DNA from: Wolbachia endosymbiont of Drosophila innubila
Lineage (GTDB): Bacteria > Pseudomonadota > Alphaproteobacteria > Rickettsiales > Anaplasmataceae
Length of the DNA stretch: 32,000 nt
Direction of reading: 5' to 3'
NCBI RefSeq assembly: GCF_021378375.1
Contig: NZ_CP076228.1
Span: forward strand, 930,001-962,000
The notes under the pieces: model-generated
Databases searched by the model: none
What the model was told of the DNA's origin: nothing
Seen by the model: the letters and a program-made list of their open reading frames with translations, nothing else
Part shown: piece after piece, positions 10,914 to 21,493 of the stretch
How positions within the stretch are numbered: the stretch's first letter is position 1
Layout: the number at the start of each line of letters is the position of its first letter
Made by a program: the position numbers and the translations under genes

Positions 10914-12280
10914 TCACCAGTGAAACAAGCATCACAATATTGTGGTGTAGCATTGTTACGCACTTCTCCTTTAACCGCCTGATATAATCCATCAATACTC
11001 AAGAAGGCTAGGCTATCTACTCCTATAACTTCCTTAATTTCCTCTACAGATTTATTTGCAGCAATTAAATCTTTGCACTCTGGCGTATCTATTCCATAAA
11101 AACAAGAATGCTTAATTGGTGGGCTTGAAATTTTGAGGTGAATCTCTTTTACTCCTGCATCCTTTAGCATAACTATTATATTTGTTAACGTACTACCACG
11201 CACTATACTATCATCTATTAAAATTATGTTTTTACCTTTCAAAGTGTGCTTATTAGCATTGAATTTTAATTTTATTCTAACTTTACGTACTTCAGCGGTT
11301 GGTTGTATAAAAGTTCTTCCTATGTAATGATTACGAATTATTCCCAGTTCCATAGGTAATCCTGAATGCTTTGCATATCCAATAGCTGCAGGTATTCCAG
11401 AATCAGGTATTGGTACAACCATATCTACATTGTTTTTTGGTGGGCTCTCTTCTGCAAGTATTCTTCCTATTTCTTTTCTTGTATCGTATATAGACCTATT
11501 CTCCATTATGCTGTCTGGTCTTGAAAAATAAACGTATTCAAAAATACAAAAACTTGATTTTTGCTGTGGGAAAGGAAACATTGAGGCTAGCTTACTACCC
11601 GAACTGATGGTAACTAATTCGCCTGGTTCTATTTCTCTAACAAACTCTGCATTTATTATATCAAGAGCACAAGTTTCAGATGCAAGAACGTAAGAACCGT
11701 TTAACTTTCCTAAAACAAGAGGCCTGATTCCAGATGAATCACGTACTCCAATAACTACTTCTTGATTGATTGCAACAAAAGAATAAGCACCTTGTATTTG
11801 CTTTAATGCATATATAAAACTCTCTAAAAAGCTATCTTTTTCACCGCTTGCTGTCAGATGCACTACTACTTCTGTATCAATATCTGACTGAAAAACGCAC
11901 TCTTGTTTAATCAATTGTTCGCGTATCGGAGAAATATTAATTAAATTACCATTATGTGCTATGGCGAAATCCCCAAATTTGCCACTTTTGCTAAACATGG
12001 GCTGCACTCCAAACTTATTACCACTTGTTGAGTATCGAACATGACCTATTGCACAATCTCCAGGTAAGGATTTCTTTATTTCATCTATATCATCAAATAC
12101 GCTGCTCACTTGACCTTGAAAGTGATAAGAGTGCAGCTTATCGTTGTTACTGGTTACTACGCCAAAAGACTCTTGACCTCTATGCTGCAAAGCGTGGAGA
12201 GCAAGTATAGAGTTAAAAGCAGCACTTTGGTTGCAACTTATGCCAAATACCCCACATTCCTCACGCATTTCATCTAGCAT
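10895..12280 (-). CDS. purF: Amidophosphoribosyltransferase
   Basis: [15 protein letters not shown] (catalytic Cys), [45 protein letters not shown]. 19-bp convergent overlap with mpg. Confidence 0.97.
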   Translation of the reverse strand: MLDEMREECGVFGISCNQSAAFNSILALHALQHRGQESFGVVTSNNDKLHSYHFQGQVSSVFDDIDEIKKSLPGDCAIGHVRYSTSGNKFGVQPMFSKSGKFGDFAIAHNGNLINISPIREQLIKQECVFQSDIDTEVVVHLTASGEKDSFLESFIYALKQIQGAYSFVAINQEVVIGVRDSSGIRPLVLGKLNGSYVLASETCALDIINAEFVREIEPGELVTISSGSKLASMFPFPQQKSSFCIFEYVYFSRPDSIMENRSIYDTRKEIGRILAEESPPKNNVDMVVPIPDSGIPAAIGYAKHSGLPMELGIIRNHYIGRTFIQPTAEVRKVRIKLKFNANKHTLKGKNIILIDDSIVRGSTLTNIIVMLKDAGVKEIHLKISSPPIKHSCFYGIDTPECKDLIAANKSVEEIKEVIGVDSLAFLSIDGLYQAVKGEVRNNATPQYCDACFTGDYPIGK

Positions 12281-12305
12281 AAAAACTATTAAGTAAAATT
12301 TAATT

Positions 12306-13409
12306 TTACTTTAGCATAGGTAAAATACAAGCATTTTGTTGTTCATCTGCTTTTATTGCCAGCAATAATCCTATGCATATTAAGCTTGCAGCAGTTGTAC
12401 TTCCTCCATAGGACAGAAATGGCAATGGGTCGCCTATCACAGGTAAGAGGCCCATTGTCATTCCGATGTTTATAAAGAAATGAGCACTAAAAAAGGCGAA
12501 AATGCCGATAGATATCGACTTAGAAAAATAATTTTTCGACCTATAAGCGATAGAGAAAATTATGCCAAGTAATGAGGTATAAAGCAAAATTAAAGCCATG
12601 CTACCTAAAAATCCCCATTCCTCACTCAGCACTGCAAAAGCAAAATCTGTACGTTTCTCCGGCAAAAATCCAAGTTGAGTTTGACTTCCGTTAACAAAGC
12701 CCTTACCAAGCAAACCTCCTGAACCAATAGCTATCTGAGATTGCTGCGCATTATAACCTATTCCAAGTGGATCCACTGATGAATCCAAAAACGACAATAT
12801 CCTTTGCTTGTGATAAGGACGTAAAAAAGGCCAAATAGCCGGTACTGCAAAAATGCCAAGCGTTCCACATATTACCGAATGAGATCTTTTTATTATTGCT
12901 GTGAATATAATTGATATCCCTATAAATAACATTATCACAGCTGTGCCTAAATTAGGTTGCTTTAACACCAAGAACACGGGTAAGAAAATAATTATAAGTG
13001 CCTTAAGCAATCTTTTAAATTCCATCATTTTATATACACTCTGCTTATCAAAATAGCGAGCAAGCGCAAGTATTAAGCCTACTTTTGCAAATTCTGATGG
13101 TTGCAAACTAATTGATCCAATTCTTATCCACCTTGTTGCACCCATTATGTGTGAGCCAAAAAAATTCACTACTAATAGCGAAATCACTGCTGCTACATAA
13201 AAAAAGTAGGCGTGCTTCAAATAAAAATCTAGCTCTATGAATGACATAGCTATAGCAAGTAGGAAAAAGAAGGAGAATATGACCAATTGGTGAATCGCAA
13301 ATGGCACCCACTTTCCTCCAGCAGAAGAGTATTGAACAACAATGCCAACGCAAAACAGCGCTATCACGTTAATGACTAACAACCAATGAATCTTCTTCAG
13401 TCTATCCAC
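12306..13409 (-). CDS. rodA: Rod shape-determining protein RodA (SEDS family)
   Basis: GATRWIRIGSISLQPSEFAKVGLILALARYF, KQPNLGTAVIMLFIGISIIF, GFLPEKRTDFAFAVLSEEWGFLGS, LPFLSYGGSTTAA. Confidence 0.95.
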   Translation of the reverse strand: MDRLKKIHWLLVINVIALFCVGIVVQYSSAGGKWVPFAIHQLVIFSFFFLLAIAMSFIELDFYLKHAYFFYVAAVISLLVVNFFGSHIMGATRWIRIGSISLQPSEFAKVGLILALARYFDKQSVYKMMEFKRLLKALIIIFLPVFLVLKQPNLGTAVIMLFIGISIIFTAIIKRSHSVICGTLGIFAVPAIWPFLRPYHKQRILSFLDSSVDPLGIGYNAQQSQIAIGSGGLLGKGFVNGSQTQLGFLPEKRTDFAFAVLSEEWGFLGSMALILLYTSLLGIIFSIAYRSKNYFSKSISIGIFAFFSAHFFINIGMTMGLLPVIGDPLPFLSYGGSTTAASLICIGLLLAIKADEQQNACILPMLK

Positions 13410-13462
13410 AATAAAGACCTTATAACCTTAAAGTATAGTAAAATATGAAACAAAGATAAAAA

Positions 13463-14929
13463 TCAAAAAACCAACTTCTCAACTACTAACCGAATTGGAG
13501 TGCTATATATTCCAGTTACTACTGTTAAAACTGCCATAAACAATAGACAGAAAAGCATAGGAAATGGCACATCATTAATTTTGTCCGGTGTCATTCCAGT
13601 GCGTGACGTTGCATCATTTTCAAAATACATTTTCTCTACCATCTTCCACATATATATCAATGCAAGGAAAGAGCCAGCAGCAAATGTTACAAGGGAAATC
13701 CACGCATGAGATTCGATAATTGCTTTCATTATATACCACTTGCTTACAAAGCCATTTGTTAAAGGCACACCGATTAATGCTAAACTGAGTAGAGTGAACG
13801 CAAGTGCTGTATAAGGCATTGATTTCTTGAGTCCCGATAAATTCTCTATTTTTGTTGTATCAAATTTGTAAGAAATACATCCTGCAGCCATAAATAAAGA
13901 TGTTTTTATTATGCTGTGGTTTACTATGTGAAGAATTGCTGCAAATACACCTGTTTTTGAGTTAAAACTCAGTGCTAAAATTATATAACCAATTTGGCTA
14001 ATACTAGAGTGAGCAAGCAGTCTTTTTATGTCTTTTGCGGTTATTGCAAATATCGACCCAAATATAACAGCGCAAAGTGCGAGGATAATTATCACGTTGC
14101 TTAGTGATGGTTTAAATAAGAAGAAATTTTGATGAAAAACAGTATAAAAGATTCTGATGAAAACATATATCATCACTTTTGTCACTGTGCCTGAAAAGAA
14201 TATGCTAATGAAACTTGGCGCCTCACTATATGCATTAACCAGCCACCTGCTTAATGGAAACAGTGCCATTTTGATTGAGAGACCAATAAAAATGAACAAC
14301 GTGCCAAGTTTTATGATGTTGTTATCGTGTAATGGAACTATTCTTTCAGCCATGTCAGACATATTGAGCGTTCCAGTCATTGAATACAAGAGCCCGATGC
14401 CAAATAAATAAAATGTTGCGCCTATTGTTCCACTAATTAGATATTCAAATGCTGCAACCAAAGCTTTTTTATCCCTTCCCATTGAAACTAATACATAAGA
14501 AGAAAGAGATGAAATTTCCAAGAAAACGTAAAGGTTAAATATGTCGTTTGTTACTAGAATCCCGAGCAGTCCGCTTAAGCACAGTAGAAATAGAGAGTAA
14601 AAACCAGTGATTTTGTTTTTGCTAATTTCTTTTTCGTTAATATAAAAGCTATAAAGCACGCTAATCAGCGCTATAAAATTCACCAAAGTTAGAATCAAGG
14701 AGTTTAACACGTCGATTCTTAACTCTATTCCATACGGAGGAGCCCAATTTCCAAGGTGATAAGTTATAATTTCACCTTTATATGTTTTAATGAGTAGTAT
14801 TGATGAAATGATAAGAGTGATTGTTGTTGCAATAAAAGAAATAAACCAAGATACCTTGTGTTTCTTGGCAAGAAAGCAAAACATTGATGCAATTATTGGT
14901 ATAATAACTTGTAAGATTGGTAATTGCAT
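13463..14929 (-). CDS. Proton-conducting membrane transporter, MrpD/MnhD (NuoN/NuoM-like) subunit
   Basis: NDIFNLYVFLEISSLSSYVLVSMG, SGTIGATFYLFGIGLLYSMTGTLNM, LLAHSSISQIGYIILALSF, NHSIIKTSLFMAAG: NADH-dehydrogenase ND2/4/5 antiporter-type family, closest in character to MrpD. Confidence 0.88.
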   Translation of the reverse strand: MQLPILQVIIPIIASMFCFLAKKHKVSWFISFIATTITLIISSILLIKTYKGEIITYHLGNWAPPYGIELRIDVLNSLILTLVNFIALISVLYSFYINEKEISKNKITGFYSLFLLCLSGLLGILVTNDIFNLYVFLEISSLSSYVLVSMGRDKKALVAAFEYLISGTIGATFYLFGIGLLYSMTGTLNMSDMAERIVPLHDNNIIKLGTLFIFIGLSIKMALFPLSRWLVNAYSEAPSFISIFFSGTVTKVMIYVFIRIFYTVFHQNFFLFKPSLSNVIIILALCAVIFGSIFAITAKDIKRLLAHSSISQIGYIILALSFNSKTGVFAAILHIVNHSIIKTSLFMAAGCISYKFDTTKIENLSGLKKSMPYTALAFTLLSLALIGVPLTNGFVSKWYIMKAIIESHAWISLVTFAAGSFLALIYMWKMVEKMYFENDATSRTGMTPDKINDVPFPMLFCLLFMAVLTVVTGIYSTPIRLVVEKLVF

Positions 14930-14993
14930 TAAATTGTTGTTAATATATCGTTAAAGTATTAGTATATATAATACTTTTTGTTTTAATACCCTT

Positions 14994-15308
14994 ATGTTAT
15001 CTAAAATTTGTAACGCAATAAAACGCCTATTACGAAGAGAAGATAAATTTGTAGGAAGAGATGAAAATGGAAATTCTTACTATGAATCAAGTAAAGGAAA
15101 AAGGTGGGTTATGTATAGCAGTGTCTCTGAGCCTACAACAGTGCCTCCGGAATGGCATATATGGCTTCACTATACTGATAATGTAGTACCAGTTAATAAT
15201 AAAAAAAGAAAAGTAAAACATACTCCTAATTTAACGGGTACAAAAGATGCATACTATCCAAACCAAAAAGTGAAAAATTACTATAAAAGCTGGAGTCCTG
15301 ATAACTAA
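14994..15308 (+). CDS. NADH:ubiquinone oxidoreductase 17.2 kDa-like subunit (NDUFA12 family)
   Basis: VGRDENGNSYYESS...GKRWVMYS......VPPEWHIWLHYTDNVVP...HTPNLTGTKDAYYP is the family signature. Confidence 0.92.
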   Translation: MLSKICNAIKRLLRREDKFVGRDENGNSYYESSKGKRWVMYSSVSEPTTVPPEWHIWLHYTDNVVPVNNKKRKVKHTPNLTGTKDAYYPNQKVKNYYKSWSPDN

Positions 15309-15310
15309 AG

Positions 15311-15766
15311 ATGCGAAGGTCAAATATACTTGAAATAACCGCTGGATTATTTGTATTAATTTTCACTATTTTTCTGATTTTCTTTGCTATTGATAAGCTA
15401 TCTTACATAAAGAAAAACTATAAGGATTGCAATAAAATATATGGTCTTTTTGCTAACGCTAACGATATAGGAGTTGGTGATAGTGTCAAGATCTCTGGTG
15501 TAGATGTTGGAAGCATAACTGGTGTATCACTTGACAAAGCTACCTACGTAGCACGAATCGATATGTGTATAAGCAAAGACATAAAATTGCCAATTGATAG
15601 TTCAGCTCTGATCACTAGCAGTGGAGTTGTTGGCAGTAAATTTGTTAATATATCACCTGGATCAGATATTAAACTAATCTTGCATGGTGGTAAAATAGAG
15701 TATACTCAAGCTGAAGCAAATATGGGTGGAATAATGGATAGAATTCTTGGTATGTTTACAAAGTGA
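15311..15766 (+). CDS. mlaD: MlaD/MCE-domain outer-membrane lipid asymmetry protein
   Basis: N-terminal TM then LFANANDIGVGDSVKISGVDVGSITGVSLD...SSALITSSGVVGSKFVNISPGSD. Confidence 0.9.
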   Translation: MRRSNILEITAGLFVLIFTIFLIFFAIDKLSYIKKNYKDCNKIYGLFANANDIGVGDSVKISGVDVGSITGVSLDKATYVARIDMCISKDIKLPIDSSALITSSGVVGSKFVNISPGSDIKLILHGGKIEYTQAEANMGGIMDRILGMFTK

Positions 15767-15951
15767 AAATGGCAGGATTCCAAGTATATCCGTTCAGGTA
15801 AAGCCTCCTGTAGTTCTAAAGTATTTAAGGAGTTTGCCTTATTTCTTGCCTTTTCTACCGCTTGCTTTGGGGTTTATAGTATAGAAAGTGCCTTAATAGT
15901 TGCAGTGCATGTCTATCAATGATAAAATGAAAATTAATTTATTTTGATATT

Positions 15952-16734
15952 ATGATTGGTTTACTGTTTGCCGTACTGTTGTTCCTCTGTGGTAGTGATG
16001 CACTTGCAAAACAGGAGCCACGTTCAATAGCTGGAGATAATCACATAAAGGTGATAAATTATAACCCACAAGCTATACATAAGTATACGGGTTTTTATGG
16101 TTATCAGTCCAGTATATTGTTTGAACCAGGGGAGGTAATACAAAACCTTTCAATGGGTGATTCAACTGGTTGGCAACTCCTTCCTCAAGGTAATAGATTG
16201 TTTATTAAGCCTATAGATGATATTGCCGATACTAATGCAACTATAATTACCAATAAAAGAGTTTATTACTTTGAACTTCATGCTGAAGAAGCAACTGGAC
16301 TAGATGATCCAAGATTAGCATATGAAGTAAGGTTTCTTTATCCACTATTTAGCAGTGATGAGATTTACACAACAAATAACGGTGATATCTTCGAACAAGC
16401 TAGTCATACCATTATTCCTGATATCAATGATATTGAAGTTGTAAAGAAGGGATTAAATTTTAATTATTCCATCTCGCACGTCAAAGGTAGTCAGTCAATA
16501 ATACCAATTAAGGTTTTTGATGACGGAAAATTTACATATCTACAATTCAATAAAATAAACTCTGATTTTCCGGCAGTTTTTATGGTTGATTCTGCAGGAT
16601 ATGAGTCTTTAGTAAATTTCCGTACAGTTGATAACTACCTGATAATCGAAAGGGTAAGTTCAGTGTTTACCTTAAGGAATGGATCGAGTACAGTTTGCCT
16701 ATTTAATGAAACCATACCTTTCAAAAAAGGGTAA
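15952..16734 (+). CDS. virB9: Type IV secretion system protein VirB9 (stand-alone copy)
   Basis: Signal peptide, then IKVINYNPQAIHKYTGFYGYQSSILFEPGE.I...SMGDSTGWQL...GNRLFIKP....NATIITNKRVYYFEL typical of VirB9/CagX; no adjacent virB8/B10/B11. Confidence 0.9.
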   Translation: MIGLLFAVLLFLCGSDALAKQEPRSIAGDNHIKVINYNPQAIHKYTGFYGYQSSILFEPGEVIQNLSMGDSTGWQLLPQGNRLFIKPIDDIADTNATIITNKRVYYFELHAEEATGLDDPRLAYEVRFLYPLFSSDEIYTTNNGDIFEQASHTIIPDINDIEVVKKGLNFNYSISHVKGSQSIIPIKVFDDGKFTYLQFNKINSDFPAVFMVDSAGYESLVNFRTVDNYLIIERVSSVFTLRNGSSTVCLFNETIPFKKG

Positions 16735-16737
16735 AGG

Positions 16738-17334
16738 CTATAATGCCCGAGATATGGGTGCAAAATTTTTTCTATGATGTTCTGTAATTCCATAAAGGCC
16801 AATAGCGTTAAGGTGCTCTTTTGTCCCATACCCTTTATTTTTATACCAATTATATTCAGGATGCTTATTATGCAATTCTTGCATAAGCCGATCTCTCGTA
16901 ACTTTTGCAACGATTGAAGCTGCTGCAATTGATGTACTCAAATTATCACCATTTACTATGGATTTCACTTGCCATTTCACTTCAGGTGGTTGATTACCAT
17001 CAACTAGTACATAATCTAATTCTAGGTCCAAGTCTATCAACGCACGTTTCATTGAAAGCTTTGTTGCTTGCAAGATATTGTATGAATTTATTTCTTCTAC
17101 GCTTGCCATTCCTATACCAAATTTTGCAACGGATGTTATTTTTTCATATAGGACTTGCCTACATTGAGGAGTCAACTTTTTCGAGTCGTTGATTCCATCA
17201 ATAATTGTATTTCTATCAATAAACACTACGGCTGCGGATATTACTGGACCAGCTAGCGGACCTCTTCCAACTTCATCCACTCCTGCTATCACTCCTGATA
17301 ATTTATTTTCTAATGTAAAGTCTGGGTATTTCAT
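16738..17334 (-). CDS. rnhB: Ribonuclease HII
   Basis: IAGVDEVGRGPLAGPVISAAV, INDSKKLTPQ, VDGN, KVTRDRLM, YGTKEH. Confidence 0.96.
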   Translation of the reverse strand: MKYPDFTLENKLSGVIAGVDEVGRGPLAGPVISAAVVFIDRNTIIDGINDSKKLTPQCRQVLYEKITSVAKFGIGMASVEEINSYNILQATKLSMKRALIDLDLELDYVLVDGNQPPEVKWQVKSIVNGDNLSTSIAAASIVAKVTRDRLMQELHNKHPEYNWYKNKGYGTKEHLNAIGLYGITEHHRKNFAPISRAL

Positions 17335-17340
17335 AGGTTT

Positions 17341-18321
17341 TTATAATAAGAAAGTTATAGTAAAAACTGAACAGATAATAGAAATTATCCAAAATTTCAT
17401 AACGATTACATTTTCTGACCATCTCTTCTTCTCAAAGTGATGATGTATTGGTGCCATAAGAAAAACTCTTTTTCCTTCTCCATATTTAAACTTTGTATAT
17501 TTAAAATATGATATCTGAATAATAACAGATAGAGTCTCTATTACAAAGATTATTCCAATAATGGCAAAAAGCATTTCTCTTTTAATTAGGACACTAGTTA
17601 ACCCTAAAGCCGCACCTACCGACAAGCTACCAACATCACCCATAAATATTTTTGCTGGATGTGTGTTAAACCACAAGAAACTTAGAATAGCTCCTATAAA
17701 TGCAATGCAGAATAAAGTAATATTCATATCTGCCTGAGTTATATATGCAATTAGCCCCAAAAAAGCAAAGGAAGTGATAACTTGAGTTGCAGCAAGGCCA
17801 TCCAAACCATCTGTGAGATTCACAGCATTAGAAGAGCCGACAATTACAAACGCAGCAAACGGAACATATAGATAGCCAAAATCTATTATTACTCCTTTAA
17901 ATAGGGACGTTTTTGTAAAACATTCAGCAGAGTATAGCTTAAGTATAAACACACCAACCAGAGCAACAATAAACTGAATAAGTATTTTGGTTTTTGCACT
18001 TAAACCTCGATAGTGATTTGTCTTCAATTTTAAATAATCATCAATAAATCCAAGTAGAGCAAAAAATAGAGTTATCAATATCAGCAGCAAAATTTCTGGT
18101 GTTAACTGAGCCCAGAGTAAAATTGGTAATAAAGAAGAAATCAGTATTATTATTCCGCCCATAGGTGGTACATTCTTTTTTGTTATTAAATGACTTTCTG
18201 GTCCACATGATCTAATTGGTTGCCCATCTTTGCTTATTTTTTTTAGAAGCTTTATAAAATAGGGAAAAAGAATAAATCCAAAAACAAATGAGGTAAAAAA
18301 TACTTTTGTAGCTAAGATCAT
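17341..18321 (-). CDS. mraY: Phospho-N-acetylmuramoyl-pentapeptide transferase
   Basis: KKNVPPMGGI, ALLGFIDDYLKL, NAVNLTDGLDGLA, NTHPAKIFMGDVGSLSVG, PIHHHFE. Confidence 0.96.
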   Translation of the reverse strand: MILATKVFFTSFVFGFILFPYFIKLLKKISKDGQPIRSCGPESHLITKKNVPPMGGIIILISSLLPILLWAQLTPEILLLILITLFFALLGFIDDYLKLKTNHYRGLSAKTKILIQFIVALVGVFILKLYSAECFTKTSLFKGVIIDFGYLYVPFAAFVIVGSSNAVNLTDGLDGLAATQVITSFAFLGLIAYITQADMNITLFCIAFIGAILSFLWFNTHPAKIFMGDVGSLSVGAALGLTSVLIKREMLFAIIGIIFVIETLSVIIQISYFKYTKFKYGEGKRVFLMAPIHHHFEKKRWSENVIVMKFWIISIICSVFTITFLL

Positions 18322-18457
18322 CTGCTTACTTAAATTGACTAAGTGTCATACCACCTATAGCTAATAAAGTCAACTTCTGTCATCCTATAGCCTGACCCAC
18401 AACTGTACGAACATTGTGATTTGGGCCCATCAGTAGGGTGTCATCCCAGTCTGGAAT

Positions 18458-19507
18458 GGCTTTGTTGCATCGCTCAAGTGAAAAGAACTGGCAGTTACTG
18501 ACAAAATTCATTATAAATAGCCATTTAACTGTTGAAGAAAAAATATGCCACAAAAAATGAGAGTCAGTAACTGCCATGAATATAACAAATTTCTCCAAGA
18601 AAGAGGAAGCATTTTTTGTTATATCAATGACGCCATAGAAAATTGGTACGAGAATTGTCCAAAAATGCAGGGCGGCAACTATATTTATAGTGATAAAGTT
18701 GTGATTTTGGTGCATATAATCGTCAGTTTCTTTAGAATTGGTTTAAGACAAACAGTCGGGTTTATAAAAGGGTATTTGCAACAAATAGGAAGAGATTTGC
18801 AGCTATTCACAAGCATCAAAAGAAACTTAATATTAAGATAAATGATTGCAGAAAATAATATGGAAGATATCGAAATTGCTATAGACAGTACAGGAATTAG
18901 TATATACAACAACACACAGCAAGGAAAATAGCACTGACAGAAAATATCGTGGCTATGAGCAAACGAGAAAATTGCACGTAATGTTGAATATAAACAACAA
19001 AAAAGCCATAGCTGTAAAATACAGTAACGGCTGATCACTATGGAGCTTGTGATTTGCTAAAAGAAGTTGATTTTCAGCATGCCATAAAAGCACTATATGC
19101 AGATAGGGCATATGACAGAGAAAAGCTCTATAAGCTGTGTAATCAATATGGTATAAAACGAAAATTCCTCCGAAAAACAACGCAGCAGAGCATCCAAAGT
19201 TAGACTATATGGCTGAGAGAAATTCTGCAGTCAAGCTCATAAAGTCATATGATGAAGATGGTATAAAGAAGTGGAAAAAGAGATGAGTTATGGAAAAAGA
19301 TCTTATATAGAAAGTTTTTTTTTCGCGACTGAAACAAACATTCGGGTTTAGTTTTAGGAATAAATCTGAGACAAATAGAGAGAAGGAACTACTTGTTAAA
19401 TGCTATTTGCTCAATAAGTTCACTGATATTGGTATGGCTAAATTTGAGATAGTTACATGAATTTACCATAAATCACCATCTCATAAAGCGTGATGCAACA
19501 AAGCCAT
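18458..19507 (+). mobile_element. Degenerate IS5-family (IS903-like) insertion sequence, copy B
   Basis: GGCTTTGTTGCATC (18458) and its inverse GATGCAACAAAGCC (ending 19507). Internal sequence nearly identical to copy A but more frame-disrupted (ORF fragment 18545-18841 plus pseudo-coding remainder). Confidence 0.87.
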
Positions 19508-19808
19508 CCCAGTGTCAGCTACTTGGATGACAAGAAAGGGAGCACTGGAATGACAGGAGAAGGGGGGCTACTACCGTCATAAAGGAACCAGTGTCAGTTA
19601 CTCGGATGATACCTTTTTCTACTTAATTTGGGTTATGCAAGAAGTCTATTCGCGGTATAGATTCCGCTAACACGTAGCGGGATGACGGTTGTCGGTAAAT
19701 CTAAGTCAGTTTAGCTATATGCTTTTAATTCCCCCAAAAGGAGAATTAAATATGTGAAGTTCTAGTTGATATGACTTAATGAATGGTTAGTTTAAATTAC
19801 TAATTTAT

Positions 19809-20786
19809 TTAAGAGATTTTGATAATATTTAACCCACTCGCTTTTCTATTTTCCATATCACGATGTGCTTGAATTATTTCATCAAATTTATATTTTTTAT
19901 TGATCCGTACAGTTAAAAGTTTTTTTCTTATCATCTCGAAGATTTCCATTGTGGTAAGCACTAATGTGAATCTATCATGCTTATAATGGTATATTGAGGT
20001 TCCAGTTGCAAATAACGAACGTGAACTAAGTAAAGAAAAACTAATAGGAGCGTTACCTGATATCTGCCCATAGGAAACGTATATGCCGAACCTGCCTAAA
20101 GATTCAAAAGAAAGCTTGCTTGTAGCGTAACCTATAGGGTCATACACTGCACCTACTCCTCTGTTTTGCGTAATCTCCATAACTTTAGAAACGAAGTCTT
20201 TATCATTGTAGTTTATTGCGTATGTGCAGCCACTTTGTAAAGCTATCTTCATTTTTTCATCAGAGCTTACAGAACCTATCACTACACCTTTTTTATCCTT
20301 TGCCCATTGGCATATTATTTGTCCTAAACCACCATTAGCCCCATGAACTAGCACGAAAGCACCAGGCCTAACTTTATAAGATTGATTAACTAAATAGTGA
20401 GCTGTCATACCTTTAAACAGCACTGCAGCAGCAACTTCATCAGATATGTCATCTGGAATTTTTATCAGATATTTCTGGTGTATAATGCGCTTTTCACAAT
20501 ATGCCCCTGGAGGAGCTGTGCAATATCCAACTCTGTCTCCAACCTTCAATCCATCACTGATTTTTTTACCAAGCTTTTCAATAACTCCCACTGCTTCTAC
20601 CCCAAGCACTGATGGTAAATTTTTAATTTTGCGCGTACCTTTTCTGTGCTCTAAATCATAACGATTTAAGCCGATAGTTGTGTGACGTACTAAAACTTCC
20701 TCGCCTTTTGGCTCACCTATACTCTTATCTACAAATTCTAATACTTCTGGTCCCCCAGTTTTTTTAATTTGTATAGCTCTAACCAT
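19809..20786 (-). CDS. NADPH:quinone oxidoreductase / zinc-type alcohol dehydrogenase-like (MDR family)
   Basis: MVRAIQIKKTGGPEVLEFVD, HTTIGLNRYDLEHRKG, GVEAVGVIEKLG, GAFVLVHGANGGLGQIICQWAK, GGLGRFGIYVSYGQ-like; internal Met at 20786 is the likely start (track start 20828). Confidence 0.88.
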   Translation of the reverse strand: MVRAIQIKKTGGPEVLEFVDKSIGEPKGEEVLVRHTTIGLNRYDLEHRKGTRKIKNLPSVLGVEAVGVIEKLGKKISDGLKVGDRVGYCTAPPGAYCEKRIIHQKYLIKIPDDISDEVAAAVLFKGMTAHYLVNQSYKVRPGAFVLVHGANGGLGQIICQWAKDKKGVVIGSVSSDEKMKIALQSGCTYAINYNDKDFVSKVMEITQNRGVGAVYDPIGYATSKLSFESLGRFGIYVSYGQISGNAPISFSLLSSRSLFATGTSIYHYKHDRFTLVLTTMEIFEMIRKKLLTVRINKKYKFDEIIQAHRDMENRKASGLNIIKIS

Positions 20787-20956
20787 GATGAATATTAAGA
20801 TAAAAACTTTGATTATGTTATCTAACAATTAATATTTTGCAAAGTTATTGTTTTCACAATCAATAGACTTCTTGCGTTACCTCCTGTCATTCCAGTGTTA
20901 GCTACTTGGATGACACCCTATTGATTACTGAAATGACACGGTTTGCAAACATTCTG

Positions 20957-21493
20957 TTACTTAAGCTTAAAGAACGTGTATGATAGTGTTATTTCGCCCA
21001 AATCTTTTGTATTACTATCAAGCATTATCTCAGGATCTATATAGAAAGATACGGGCATAGCTGCTTTTTGTTTTGGTAGCAACATTTGCTCTTCAAAACA
21101 AAAGCATGCAACTTTATTGAAATACTTACCTGCTTTGAAAGGCGTAACATTATACACCGCCATACCAAATGAAGGCTGATCAGATAGATTTTTTGCGTAA
21201 TAAAACGCTAAACTTTGTTCTCCTATGTTTACGTCAACGTAGTTAGTTTCTGATTTAAACTCCCAAGGTAGATCGGACATTATATCAGCATTGAAATGGA
21301 CCCTGATCTTTTGGTTAGTTATATTTGTTGTTGTGTTAGTTACTTTTCTTATTGTGCCACCATACCCAGTAGCTTTACAGAAAATGCTATATAGAGGTAC
21401 CGATGCATATGCAAGACATATCATCGACACAACTAAAGATACTAAAAAGAAAACTATAGAATTCTTACTGCCTTTCCTTAAAAAGGAAAACAT
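20957..21493 (-). CDS. ctaG: Cytochrome c oxidase assembly protein CtaG/Cox11
   Basis: ASVPLYSIFCKATGYGGT, VRVHFNAD-like, LAFYYAKNLSD, GMAVYNVTPFKAGKYFNKVACFCFEEQ. Confidence 0.95.
   Translation of the reverse strand: MFSFLRKGSKNSIVFFLVSLVVSMICLAYASVPLYSIFCKATGYGGTIRKVTNTTTNITNQKIRVHFNADIMSDLPWEFKSETNYVDVNIGEQSLAFYYAKNLSDQPSFGMAVYNVTPFKAGKYFNKVACFCFEEQMLLPKQKAAMPVSFYIDPEIMLDSNTKDLGEITLSYTFFKLK

Noticed and set aside
14157-14411. 84-aa plus-strand ORF
   Set aside because: Antisense to the MrpD/NuoN-like gene.
18449-19516. Target site duplication around IS copy B
   Set aside because: The 9-bp flanks (gtctggaat vs atcccagtg) do not match; no TSD can be claimed.
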